A model generated the notes under the pieces. That model searched no databases. It saw nothing but the letters and a program-made list of their open reading frames with translations, and had not been told where the DNA came from. Position numbers and translations under genes: made by a program. From contig NW_018406672.1 of NCBI RefSeq assembly GCF_002113885.1, positions 1,868,420-1,932,419 on the forward strand: a stretch of DNA of 64,000 nucleotides. The letters are read 5' to 3'. The stretch comes from Mizuhopecten yessoensis (taxonomy: Eukaryota). Position 1 is the stretch's first letter, and every line of letters starts with the position of its first letter. Shown one piece after another: positions 1 to 11,095 of the stretch.

Positions 1-271
1 ATATGCTCCTTTGAATACATACTGTTATTACATCGATTAAGAAATACTTATACCAGTACTATGGGCAACTTGTTTCTGGAAATGCTGTTGATTTGAGCCA
101 GAATATTCATGCCAAGATTGTGAGCTGTTTCTGGTGCTAATGAACATGCTAAAGAATATTATAAAGTGTGATTTGGCCTTTTCCCTGTACCATTTCAATG
201 GTATCATTTAAACGTTAAAATGCAAATTGAACTACGAAAAGATTCTACACTTTTCTCCCCTTGTCTACAGT

Positions 272-394
272 CCAGGCCCACTTGTATAAAACATCTCAAC
301 TCTTGAGATTTCCTCAAGTCTAAAATTACCCATAGACAATACATTGCTTGAGATTTTCCTTAACTTTGAGATGTTTTATACAAGTGGGACCTGG
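272..394. mobile_element. Short MITE with terminal inverted repeats; second copy at ~21625-21748
   Basis: CCAGGCCCACTTGTATAAAACATCTCAA ... TTGAGATGTTTTATACAAGTGGGACCTGG inverted termini; a near-identical copy lies 21 kb away. Confidence 0.75.
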
Positions 395-844
395 TCCCTT
401 AAGGGTATCGGCATACAACTATAGAAACATAAGTGAACGCATACCACAGCAGAAACACGCCATGGCTAATGTTTGAAAACAGAAACGGAAAATTCAGTGG
501 AAAGAAACGAAATAAACACCACTATACCAACAATGCAAGTCATGATATAAATTAAATACGAAGCATGTCCAACAGACGCATTGAGTTTCAAATATTTAGA
601 ATATCTGATCCGAATCACATATTATAACAGGGAAGTACGAGACACATTTTTTTATTTTTTTTTACACAATTATTTTGTTCCGTGAGCAACAGACATATCA
701 GTATCTATGTCTATGTCGAAGTTATTTCTGCGGATAATACCTGTACCAAGAATATATATATAGGAAACTATATTTATTTTACAACAATAACGAAACAAGC
801 TATTGACAACTTATATTGTTGGTCCGGATGTTAGTGCGCGGTGA

Positions 845-994
845 GTTTTAATGTTGGAGGAAACCGGAGTACCCGGAGAAAACCCACGTGACCGGGAAAG
901 TGACCCCGTACATTTTCACGTTCGATCGGGGAATCGAACCCCGGCCGCTTTGGTGAAAGGCCAGTGCGCTATCCACTGCACCACCCGACCACCC
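845..994 (-). mobile_element. tRNA-derived SINE with V-type central domain
   Basis: Minus strand shows A box TGGTGCAGTGG and B box GGTTCGATTCC, followed by GGGTTTTCTCCGGGTACTCCGGTTTCCTCC (V-domain-like). Confidence 0.7.
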
Positions 995-3907
995 GAAAAA
1001 ATATATATACATGTAGTAAGCCAACTACACATTATCAAGAAGCCATGCTTTTGTGTGTTTTATGCGCATTAAACGTCCATTCCGACCGACTGTAATACGC
1101 TTATTAAGGCATAGGGTTTCTCCTTGCTCTAATGGACGGGATGTACTATCAAATGAAAGGGTTCGAGGTTTACCTTGCCTCGTCGTGCAAAGTCAATACC
1201 TAGGTTTAAGCACATGATAAATAGCGTGACACGTGATAGCTGTTTGACAGAATATTGATTTTTAAGACAGATACTTATGTGTTCATGTCCAAAACTATTT
1301 TTATCCATTTATCTTCTGAATTTTCTCTCACTGCTGGTATTTATTGGACGTTCAGGACATCGCTAGTACCAGTAACATAGCCATAAAGGTTTACTCTACA
1401 AACACTAGATTCTTGCCGAATCAACCAAAACCAATCATTATCCTTTAATCCATTATGGACTAAACTTAATCACTGAGTAAACGGGTACGATGATTTATAA
1501 ATCATTTGTATTAATCAACTACAGGTCCCTACGCTGTTACGGAAACACCCGTCATCAACGAGATCGGGATTTTCCCGGAAAGTCGGTCAATCGATCGATC
1601 GATGCTTGATTCAGACCGGAAGATCGTGTCAGAAAGACTAGGCGTCTTAATCACGTGATATGTCAATCTTCATTATTTTTATCTACTGATCATAACAACT
1701 GTTTTACAATACAAAAGTTTTTTCTTTCTTTTTTTTGAAATGTTAAATCACGTAAGAATCATCCGATGCTGGTACCTCAATGAGGTGGTCTTATTTACAT
1801 GTATGCGTTTCAGATAAGAACACGGGGTTGAAAACCCAATAAAACATGTTATATGGGAGACTCTGGCATTGAAACAAAATTAATACTTGTTTTAATGATA
1901 TGTAGTGGTTTGTTATCAACAATATATAAGCCATTTATACATTGCTGTTTTACATTGTTGTTTGTTATTAATCTAAATTTGTTTCATGACAAGATTCGTT
2001 TGTCTACAGCATACATGTACATCGATAAATACATTTCATTTCTGTTATTGCTCATGCGAGTCCAGAAAATACATATTTGCGTGTTTCGGATTTTTTTTCT
2101 TGTGGAATATAAGGTAGAAGCGCGTAATATAGGACTGCGGCATTCACTGGACATCGTTAAGGTCAAACGTCCTTAATCCGACCCACCCTTATCAGACGTC
2201 ATACATATTGGTACTCACAAGTGTTATGTATACGAGTATGTTCCACACAACGTACTGAGGATCTGTCAGCCAGCTGTTTATCTGTAGAAGTACTGATAAA
2301 GGTACTTGACACACATGTATTGATGATGTAGACAACGTTCCATCAATTAATCGCCCCGTAGTATTCGGTCACTCTTCATTCATGGTAATACTACACGCGT
2401 AATAGAAATACTTCATGAGTTCTTATTGAAATTGGATTACAAAATTCAGTGACATTGTAACGATTATAAATGAAATAATCGATAACAACATAAAAACACA
2501 TTATATGACCCAACTGATTCATCGATAATCATAACTACAGTTGACTAATTTTAAAACCGAACGCGGCCATACGAAACGCCAGAGTCCAAATCAAACTGCC
2601 CGAAAAAATGGTAAGATCTTGAAGGATTTTTTATGAAAACATGTTGTAAAATACAAGAATAAGAATAAGATCTTTTTATAACTGCTTCCTCTCGGAAACG
2701 CATTGAAGCACATCGATACATACATTTTATACAATATTGGCTCTGGAAACGACTGGACCGGAAACACGCGATGTTTATGAGGGACCCGTTTACGTTTCAT
2801 TTTCCTTTATATCTGATCATAGTAATACTACATAGATAGTTAGCCCTAATAAGAAAACACACAATTATTGATTCCTCCCATTCACCACCAGCTAGCTGTA
2901 CTTACGTTTTCCCTCCTCTATCAGCCGACCAAAACGACAAACACACTGTTTAGTCATCAACCATGATCCGTCATATTCTTTGTTCAGCAGCGTTCACCAC
3001 ACAAACAGTCATCCTATGGCGCGCTGGCCATCATAACTTGAACATGTCCTTCACAGTTCGTCCACACGCCTCGGGAAATGCACGTCCATTTCGTAGGCTA
3101 GTACGCGACACTGGACATGTATGTGATCTGTGGTTGGGTTCGCCCGTAGTGAGACTAGAGAGCTCAGCCTCCGTACCGCGTAGTTCAGCAGCAGCAGTTT
3201 TCTGATCGATTTTAGTCCCAGTAATTGCTCCAGTAAAATTATTACGATACTTGCCGATCTTGGCATGCAAGGAGATACTAGAAATTTAACACTGAAACTC
3301 TTAACGAGAGCTGACTTCCGCGTCCCCGAGAGGCGAGAGGTTTATTGTCTCTTCCAAAACCGCATTTTCTTATTCTGTTTGTATTAAATATACATGACTT
3401 CTTATCTAATAAATAAGAGGTCCGGAGCATTTCAATGAAATCTTGCCAAGCGTTTGCTATGCCCATTCTACCGTGGGGAAAGACTCTCGACGGTGTCTGG
3501 TCAGACGATATCGGAAACACTCGGACTTATAGCATAATCAACTTAAATGTTCTGTTTTGTTTTATATGTCGGATATTACAGTGTATTGAATAACAATGGA
3601 AAGTGTCTACAAATATTTTTTGTTCAAGTTTTGAATATTTTTAAAATTAGTGTTTGGTTATTAAAATCAGTATAGCATATTTATCATTTTATCTCTGCCA
3701 TATTTAAAATATTACAGACGTTGCTCACCCTGTTGGTTTTCCGCATGCTCTTGAGACATATTATGCTTCAAACACTTGCCGCGATTAAACTAAATCATAA
3801 GTACTAGAAAATAAAGAAGATAGAACCAAACCATTACAAATAATTGATTTTATTACTATTTTAAAAACTCTTGCAACAAAATCATGTCAATCATTTAAAT
3901 GGTAAAT

Positions 3908-4413
3908 AACTTGAATCAACACAGTTCGATGCATAGGAACGCCTATAGTCTCATGGGGCACATAGCTCCGAACCGATACGGTCAGTTTGACAGAAGTGCC
4001 TTTCTTCGAGTCGGTTCAGTCAGATTATCAGTGCAACGGCACTTCCAAGTATCTAGTTCCAATTCGGCACGCAAACTTGCTCGAGTGTCTCTCTCTGTCT
4101 CGGCATGGTCATTTTGTGGTAGGTACAAGCTCCAAATTTAGAGGGCCAGTTTGACAGAAGTACTGTCTAAGCTCCAAATTCAAACGGATAATCTGGCAGA
4201 AGTTCATAGCTCCGAAATGGAATGGCCAGTCTGTGACAGTGCACAGCTCCGAATCGTCATGGTCAGTTTTGACTTTAGTGCCTAGCTTAGAATCGGCCTT
4301 GCTAGTTTGACAAACGTGCTTCGATCCGAATCGTCATGGACTGTTTGAGAGATTTCCCTCAACATGGTCAGTTTGAGGAGAGTTCAATGACTTGAATCAG
4401 CACGGCCTTTACC
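3908..4413. repeat. Diverged ~38-nt tandem repeat array (~13 units) in the putative 3'UTR, copy 1
   Basis: Units start at about 3908, 3964, 4002, 4055, 4091, 4128, 4170, 4208, 4245, 4284, 4322, 4360 and 4389. Plus-strand consensus AGCTCCGAATCGGCATGGTCAGTTTGACAGAAGTGCCT. Confidence 0.8.
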
Positions 4414-4694
4414 GTGTCTCTTCGATATGAGAAATAGTTTTCATCCAAAAGACTCTAGAGACGTCAGTCGTGAAACATTCTAGGAGTTCCTGCTGATTTT
4501 CCCTGCATGCGTATTCATCAGTTATCAGCATCTATAATATTATAGTTCATAATTTACCTGAATTCAAGCCGCGTTCAGGGTGAATCAAATTTTAAAACAA
4601 CAGTACAGGTCATAAAGAATTGACCATTACTAATCTAACCTCCTTGTCCAATCTAAAGCTGAACAGTCTTATACCTCGGTTCCCTGACCATTCC

Positions 4695-5965
4695 TTAAGC
4701 GAAACGCGTCCCCTTGTATTTCTTTATGTCCGTTGTTGTTGGAACCGGAAGTCCTGTGATGGGCGGAAGTATAACGTTAAGTACAGGGTGAAGTGTTGGT
4801 TCGTGCCGGGAGATGTGACGAAGAGGCTGTCCTACCGCGGAAATATTCCCTATCCGAGAGGTCCTCTTGTTGCATTTGTCCGTCAAAGACGGCAACGCTA
4901 TCTTGTTCATTTTATGGCCCAGCTTGTCCTGTGTAAATTGCTCTGAGCGGTTAGTGCTGTCCAGATATCCTTTTGTGACGTTTCTCTTCTTATCTACGGA
5001 CAGGCCAGCCACACTTATCGGAGGAAGTTCTGAAACAGCAGGTTTCGGTGCTACCGCATTACGCCAATAGTCATTTGTGTTTGTTAAGAGTTTCTCTGTC
5101 ATTTCTTGTTTTGGCGGTATTGCCTTCTTGTCATTCTGAGACATATTTTCAGTATTTGTTGAGCTGATCGGAGGAAGTTTCATTACATTCCTATCTTTTA
5201 GAATGTCCTTTCTCTCAATATTGTTCCAATTTGTTTGGCTTACGATCCTGTCATACTTCTTTGTTTTCCTTTTCCCGAAGGACACCGCGTTCCCGTTAAT
5301 TGGTGGTAAGACGCCGTTCTTCTGCTCGCCCAAGATTTCTTCATCAGGGAATTTTGAGTCAACGACATCACTACTGAATCGGTTGAAGAAGACATCATTT
5401 TTTCTATAAGCCTCGTATTCTGCATTCTTCTGATCAATCTCAGCTAGAAGCTGGTTAATGCCCGCGTCACGAGTTGTAGCAACAGGAGGACGGTTTGATG
5501 CTGTGGTGGTTTTACTTGTCTTAGTTTCTTCGATCTGCTTCTGAGCATCATTAATCACTTCCGGTCTCTTCTCATGTTGTCTGCTTATTCGAGGTAAAGC
5601 CGGTGCGGGCTTCCCTTTAGCATACAGTCCGGGAGTCAAGGTCTCGCGATTCTCTAGGAAAACGGAAACTTCTGTTTTCTCAGAATTTACATCAGTCTTG
5701 GCCTTTTTCTTGGCTCGACGACCCTTTTTGACCTTGCGGTCGACTTTTTCCTCTTCTCCAGTGACTGTCGTTTCCTGTGGTTTGGATTTATCGCCACTTT
5801 CACTTTTGGACGATTGCCTAGTAGGGAACTCTCTCGTGTGAAGGTTCAATTTAACAGCCATTTCGGCACTTCTTCGTTTTCCCGCCAAAGTCATGGCGCC
5901 ATTATACCCAGGAGGAAAGTTACCAGCTTTGCCTCTTGGTTGCCTCTTGATACCAAATTGAAGAT
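4695..5965 (-). CDS. Orphan Lys-rich LPPI-motif protein, copy 1 (main exon only; upstream exon lost at the assembly join)
   Basis: Open frame of more than 420 codons; acceptor TTCCTGTCATTCCAG at 5966; GCCATG at 5894; about 15 amino-acid differences from copy 2 with no stops or indels. Confidence 0.7.
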
Positions 5966-6372
5966 CTGGAATGACAGGAAGTAAACAGTCTTCGATTAAT
6001 ACCGATNTCGGAAACACTCGGACTTATAGCATAATCAACTTAAATTTTCTGTTTTGTTTTATATGTCGGATATTACAGTGTATTGAATAACAATGGAAAG
6101 CGTCTACAAATGTTTGTTGTTAAAGTTTTGAATGTTTTTTGAATAAGTGTTTGGTTATTAAAATGAATGTTACTTTAATGGCATATGTGTCACCCTGTTG
6201 GTTTTCCGCATGCTCTTCAGAAATATGATGCTGCAAACACTTGCTGCGATTTAACTAAATCATAAGTACTAGAAAATAAAGAAAATATAACCAAACCATT
6301 ACAAATAATTGGTTTTATTACTATTTAAAAAACTCTTGCAACAAAATCATGTCAATCCTTTAAATGGTAAAT

Positions 6373-6885
6373 AACTTGAATCAACACAGTTCGATACATA
6401 GGAACGCCTATAGTCTCATGGGGCACATACATTGTAGCTCCGAACCGACACGGTCAGTTTGACAGAAGTGCCTTTCTTCGAGTCGGTTCAGTCAGATTAT
6501 CAGTGCAACGGCACTTCCAAGTACCTAGTTCCAATTCGGCACGCAAACTTGCTAGAGTGTCTTTCTCTGTCTCGGCATGGTCATTTTGTGGTAGGTACAA
6601 GCTCCAAATTTAGAGGGCCAGTTTGACAGAAGTACTGTCTAAGCTCCAAATTCAAACGGATAATCTGGCAGAAGTTCATAGCCCCGAACTGGAATGGCCA
6701 GTCTGTGACAGTGCACAGCTCCGAATCGTCATGGTCAGTTTTGACTTTAGTACCTAGCTTAGAATCGGCCTTGCCAGTTTGACAAACGTGCTTCGATCCG
6801 AATCGGCATGGACTGTTTGAGAGATTTCCCTCAACATGGTCAGTTTGAGGGGAGTTCAATGACTTGAATCAGCACGGCCTTTACC
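6373..6885. repeat. Diverged ~38-nt tandem repeat array, copy 2
   Basis: Same units as 3908-4413. Lies between the stop codon (7168) and a minus-strand AATAAA (6314-6319). Confidence 0.8.
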
Positions 6886-7167
6886 GAGTCTCTTCGATAT
6901 GAGAAATAGTTTTCATCCAAAAGACTCTAAGAGCCGTCAGTCGTGAAACATTCTAGGAGTTCCTGCTGATTTTCCCTGCATGCGTATTCATCAGTTACCA
7001 GCATCTTTAATATTATAGTTCATAATTTACCTGAATTCAAGCCGCGTTCAGGGTGAATCAAATTTTAAAACAACAGTACAGGTCATAAAGAATTGACCAT
7101 TACTAATCTAACCTCCTCGTCCAATCTAAAGCTGAACAGTCTTATACCTCGGTTCCCTGACCATTCC

Positions 7168-9602
7168 TTAAGCGAAACGCGTCCCCTTGTATTTCTTCAT
7201 GTCCGTTGTTGTTGGAACCGGAAGTCCTGTGATGGGCGGAAGTATAACGTTAAGTACAGGGTGAAGTGTGGGTTCGTGCCGGGAGATGTGACGAAGAGGC
7301 TGTCCTACCTCGGAAATATTCCCTATCCGAGGGGTCCGCTTGTTGCATTTGTTCGTCAAAGACGGCAACGTTATCTTGTTCATTTTATGGCCCAGCTTGT
7401 CCTGTGTAAATTGCTCTGAGCGGTTAGTGCTGTCCAGATATCCTTTTGTGACGTTTCTCTTCTTATCTACGGACATCCCAGCCACACTTATCGGAGGAAG
7501 TTCTGAAACAGCAGGTTTCGGTGCTACCGCATTACGCCAATAGTCATTTGTGTTTGTTAAGAATTTCTCTGTCATTTCTTGTTTTGGCGGTATTGCCTTC
7601 TTGTCATTCCGAGACATATTTTCAGTATTTGTTGAGCTGATCGGAGGAAGTTTCATTGCATTCCTATCTTTTAGAATGTCCTTTCTCTCAATATTGTTCC
7701 AATTTGTTTGGCTTACGATCCTGTCATACTTCTTTGTTTTCCTTTTCCCGAAGGACACCGCGTTCCCGTTAATTGGTGGTAAGACGCCGTTCTTCTGCTC
7801 GCCTAAGATTTCTTCATCAGAGAATTTTGAGTCCACAACATCACTACTGAATCGGTTGAAGAAGACATCATTTTTTCTATAAGCCTCGTATTCTGCATTC
7901 TTCTGATCAATCTCAGCTAGAAGCTGGTTAATGCCCGCGTCACGAGTTGTAGCAACAGGAGGAAGGTTTGATGCTGTAGTGGTTTTTCTTGTCTTATTTT
8001 CTTCGATCTGCTTCTGAGCATCATTAATCACTTCCGGTCTCTTCTCATGTTGTCTGCTTATTCGAGGTAAAGCCGGTGCGGGCTTCCCTTTAGCATACAG
8101 TCCGGGAGTCAAGGTCTCGCGATTCTCTAGGAAAACGGAAATTTCTGTTTTCTCAGAATTTACATCAGTCTTGGCCTTTTTCTTGGCTCGACGACCCTTT
8201 TTGACCTTGCGGTCGACTTTTTCCTCTTCTCCAGTAACTGTCGTTTCCTGTGGTTTGGATTTATCGCCACTTTCACTTTTGGACGATTGCCTAGGAGGGA
8301 ACTCTCTCGTGTGAAGGTTCAATTTAACAGCCATTTCGGCACTTCTTCGTTTTCCCGCCAAAGTCATGGCGCCATTATACCCAGGAGGAAAGTTACCAGC
8401 TTTGCCTCTTGGTTGCCTCTTGATACCAAATTGAAGATCTGGAATGACAGGAAGCAAACAGTCTTCGATAAATACCAAACTACAGTTTTTCCTAACAGTA
8501 TCTATGTTATAACTGTGTATGTGTTTCTACAAATACATTTACTTCATACCTCAGGGTTCTGTTTCGCGAATGTCGTTAATTTGCTAGACAGCTGATCTCT
8601 CGAATTCAAATGGCTTGTGATTATCAATCGGGACAAAGTTGTGGACGGACTAAAGGAAAACTTTCAGTTAAGATTTTAATTTACACAGCATCTTATTTGT
8701 CATCCTCGGCTTAGTTAAGCTAAGAAACTGTAGTAAAAACTGAACCGGGTGCTGTATTGACTGACAAAAACTCAAGCTTTATAACTACACAACGATAACT
8801 GTCAATATTTGTTCAAGTTTCGCCCTCACAAATCTTCTTTAGCGAGATTTTTCCTTAACTTTCTAACACGGAATAAAGCATCACTTAATCTAAAGCACAT
8901 CCTAACTTAAGTTGTGGAACTCTAGTGAAACCCGGGTTAAGACCCAGTTCCACAAACGCTCCTAACTAACTCCAGCGATGTTTTTCAACAGAAACAAAAT
9001 AGGCCTAATTTCATTAACTACCGGAGTCAGCTGTTTGATATTGTTGTACACTCTGCAAACGGGACAAAGTCTTTGCCTTACTTCTGACCACATATTTAAT
9101 ACGCATGTATGGGTACGTATGTGTAATCGAGCCTATGGACTTTTCTACCGACCAAGGCACTGGGCTCAGACTAATTATTCCACAAGCTACGGGACTAATA
9201 CAATGATGTCAAGAACAGATTAAACAGTAGGATCCGTATAAGGGAGACAAGTGTTCCCCAATTACCCCCGGATATCTATATACACAAGTAACATGTTTTG
9301 TTGATGGAAAAGACTTGTGACACTTGGGTTAAGTTAAGTAGAACAATATTTTGCATTAAGTTCGAATTCTTACCGAATCGTTGAGAGTAAGGAGCTGTGA
9401 TCTCAAGTCTGTCCAGAGAGTCGGGAGTGTTAGCGCTGGTCAACCTTCGGACATTTCCCCCGGTCAAGATTTCAGGGAAGGCAGCTGTAAGAAGACCTGG
9501 ACCCTCGGGCATGCTTCGTCCACATTTTCGGCCCTGAACGTGACTTGCGTTCCTCAGAGACGACAAACCTCGGTTCTCGTGGATATCGGAATGGTTTATC
9601 AT
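7168..9602 (-). CDS. Orphan Lys-rich disordered LPPI-motif protein, copy 2. Model join(9602-9374, 8438-7168) = 499 aa, or 399 aa from the ATG at 8367
   Basis: Phase-1 donor TTCG|GTAAGA at 9373 joins in frame to the phase-1 acceptor TTCCAG|AT at 8439. Kozak-like GCCATG at 8367; poly(A) signal at 6314-6319. The ORF track's TTG start at 8478 falls in the intron. Confidence 0.7.
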
Positions 9603-9718
9603 CGTCTTGAATAGAGTATCTCGTGAAATTAAAAGTATTTTGAAGGAGCGAATATTTGCGTGTTGTTCTTTTCTGGTAGCCAGGGAAAGAATGGTGGGTT
9701 AATTGTTCCCCGAAGTTA

Positions 9719-9794
9719 TGACGTCATCAGGATTGTGACGTCACAGTAATTGTTAATCTCTTGCGTCAACATTGAAGGCGCTACAAAAATGGCG
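9719..9794 (-). promoter_or_regulatory. Promoter cluster: two perfect CRE palindromes, a CRE-like half site and a YY1-like motif
   Basis: TGACGTCA at 9719-9726 and 9736-9743, TGCGTCA at 9762-9768, AAAATGGCG at 9786-9794; about 115 bp upstream of the ATG at 9602. Confidence 0.6.
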
Positions 9795-10300
9795 ACATAA
9801 ACTTCGGTATGCCAGATACTATACTCTCAGATACCAATGTAAACGTCCGGAGCATTTCAATGAAATCTTGCCAAACGTTTGCTATGCTCATTCTACTGTG
9901 GGGAAAGACTCTCGACGGTGTCTGGTCAGTCGATATCGGAAACACTCGGACTTATAGCATAATCAACTTAAATTTTCTGTTTTGTTTTATATGTCGGATA
10001 TTACAGTGTATTGAATAACAATGGAAAGCGTCTACAAATGTTTGTTGTTAAAGTTTTGAATGTTTTTTGAATAAGTGTTTGGTTATTAAAATGAATGTTA
10101 CTTTAATGGCATATGTGTCACCCTGTTGGTTTTCCGCATGCTCTTCAGAAATATGATGCTGCAAACACTTGCTGCGATTTAACTAAATCATAAGTACTAG
10201 AAAATAAAGAAAATATAACCAAACCATTACAAATAATTGGTTTTATTACTATTTAAAAAACTCTTGCAACAAAATCATGTCAATCCTTTAAATGGTAAAT

Positions 10301-10813
10301 AACTTGAATCAACACAGTTCGATACATAGGAACGCCTATAGTCTCATGGGGCACATACATTGTAGCTCCGAACCGACACGGTCAGTTTGACAGAAGTGCC
10401 TTTCTTCGAGTCGGTTCAGTCAGATTATCAGTGCAACGGCACTTCCAAGTACCTAGTTCCAATTCGGCACGCAAACTTGCTAGAGTGTCTTTCTCTGTCT
10501 CGGCATGGTCATTTTGTGGTAGGTACAAGCTCCAAATTTAGAGGGCCAGTTTGACAGAAGTACTGTCTAAGCTCCAAATTCAAACGGATAATCTGGCAGA
10601 AGTTCATAGCCCCGAACTGGAATGGCCAGTCTGTGACAGTGCACAGCTCCGAATCGTCATGGTCAGTTTTGACTTTAGTACCTAGCTTAGAATCGGCCTT
10701 GCCAGTTTGACAAACGTGCTTCGATCCGAATCGGCATGGACTGTTTGAGAGATTTCCCTCAACATGGTCAGTTTGAGGGGAGTTCAATGACTTGAATCAG
10801 CACGGCCTTTACC
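10301..10813. repeat. Diverged ~38-nt tandem repeat array, copy 3
   Basis: Appears identical to copy 2, shifted by 3928 bp. Confidence 0.8.
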
Positions 10814-11095
10814 GAGTCTCTTCGATATGAGAAATAGTTTTCATCCAAAAGACTCTAAGAGCCGTCAGTCGTGAAACATTCTAGGAGTTCCTGCTGATTT
10901 TCCCTGCATGCGTATTCATCAGTTACCAGCATCTTTAATATTATAGTTCATAATTTACCTGAATTCAAGCCGCGTTCAGGGTGAATCAAATTTTAAAACA
11001 ACAGTACAGGTCATAAAGAATTGACCATTACTAATCTAACCTCCTCGTCCAATCTAAAGCTGAACAGTCTTATACCTCGGTTCCCTGACCATTCC

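Noticed and set aside
4480-4530. Minus-strand CTGATGA...GAAA in the cassette 3'UTR as a hammerhead
   Set aside because: No credible stem I or stem II.
5966-6017. MFPXSVLIED N-terminus of the 440-aa ORF
   Set aside because: Crosses the N-join and intronic sequence; an artefact.
6581-6859. 92-aa minus-strand ORF (also 10509-10787) over the 38-nt array
   Set aside because: TTG start, a repeat period not divisible by three and a 3'UTR position; more likely a chance frame.
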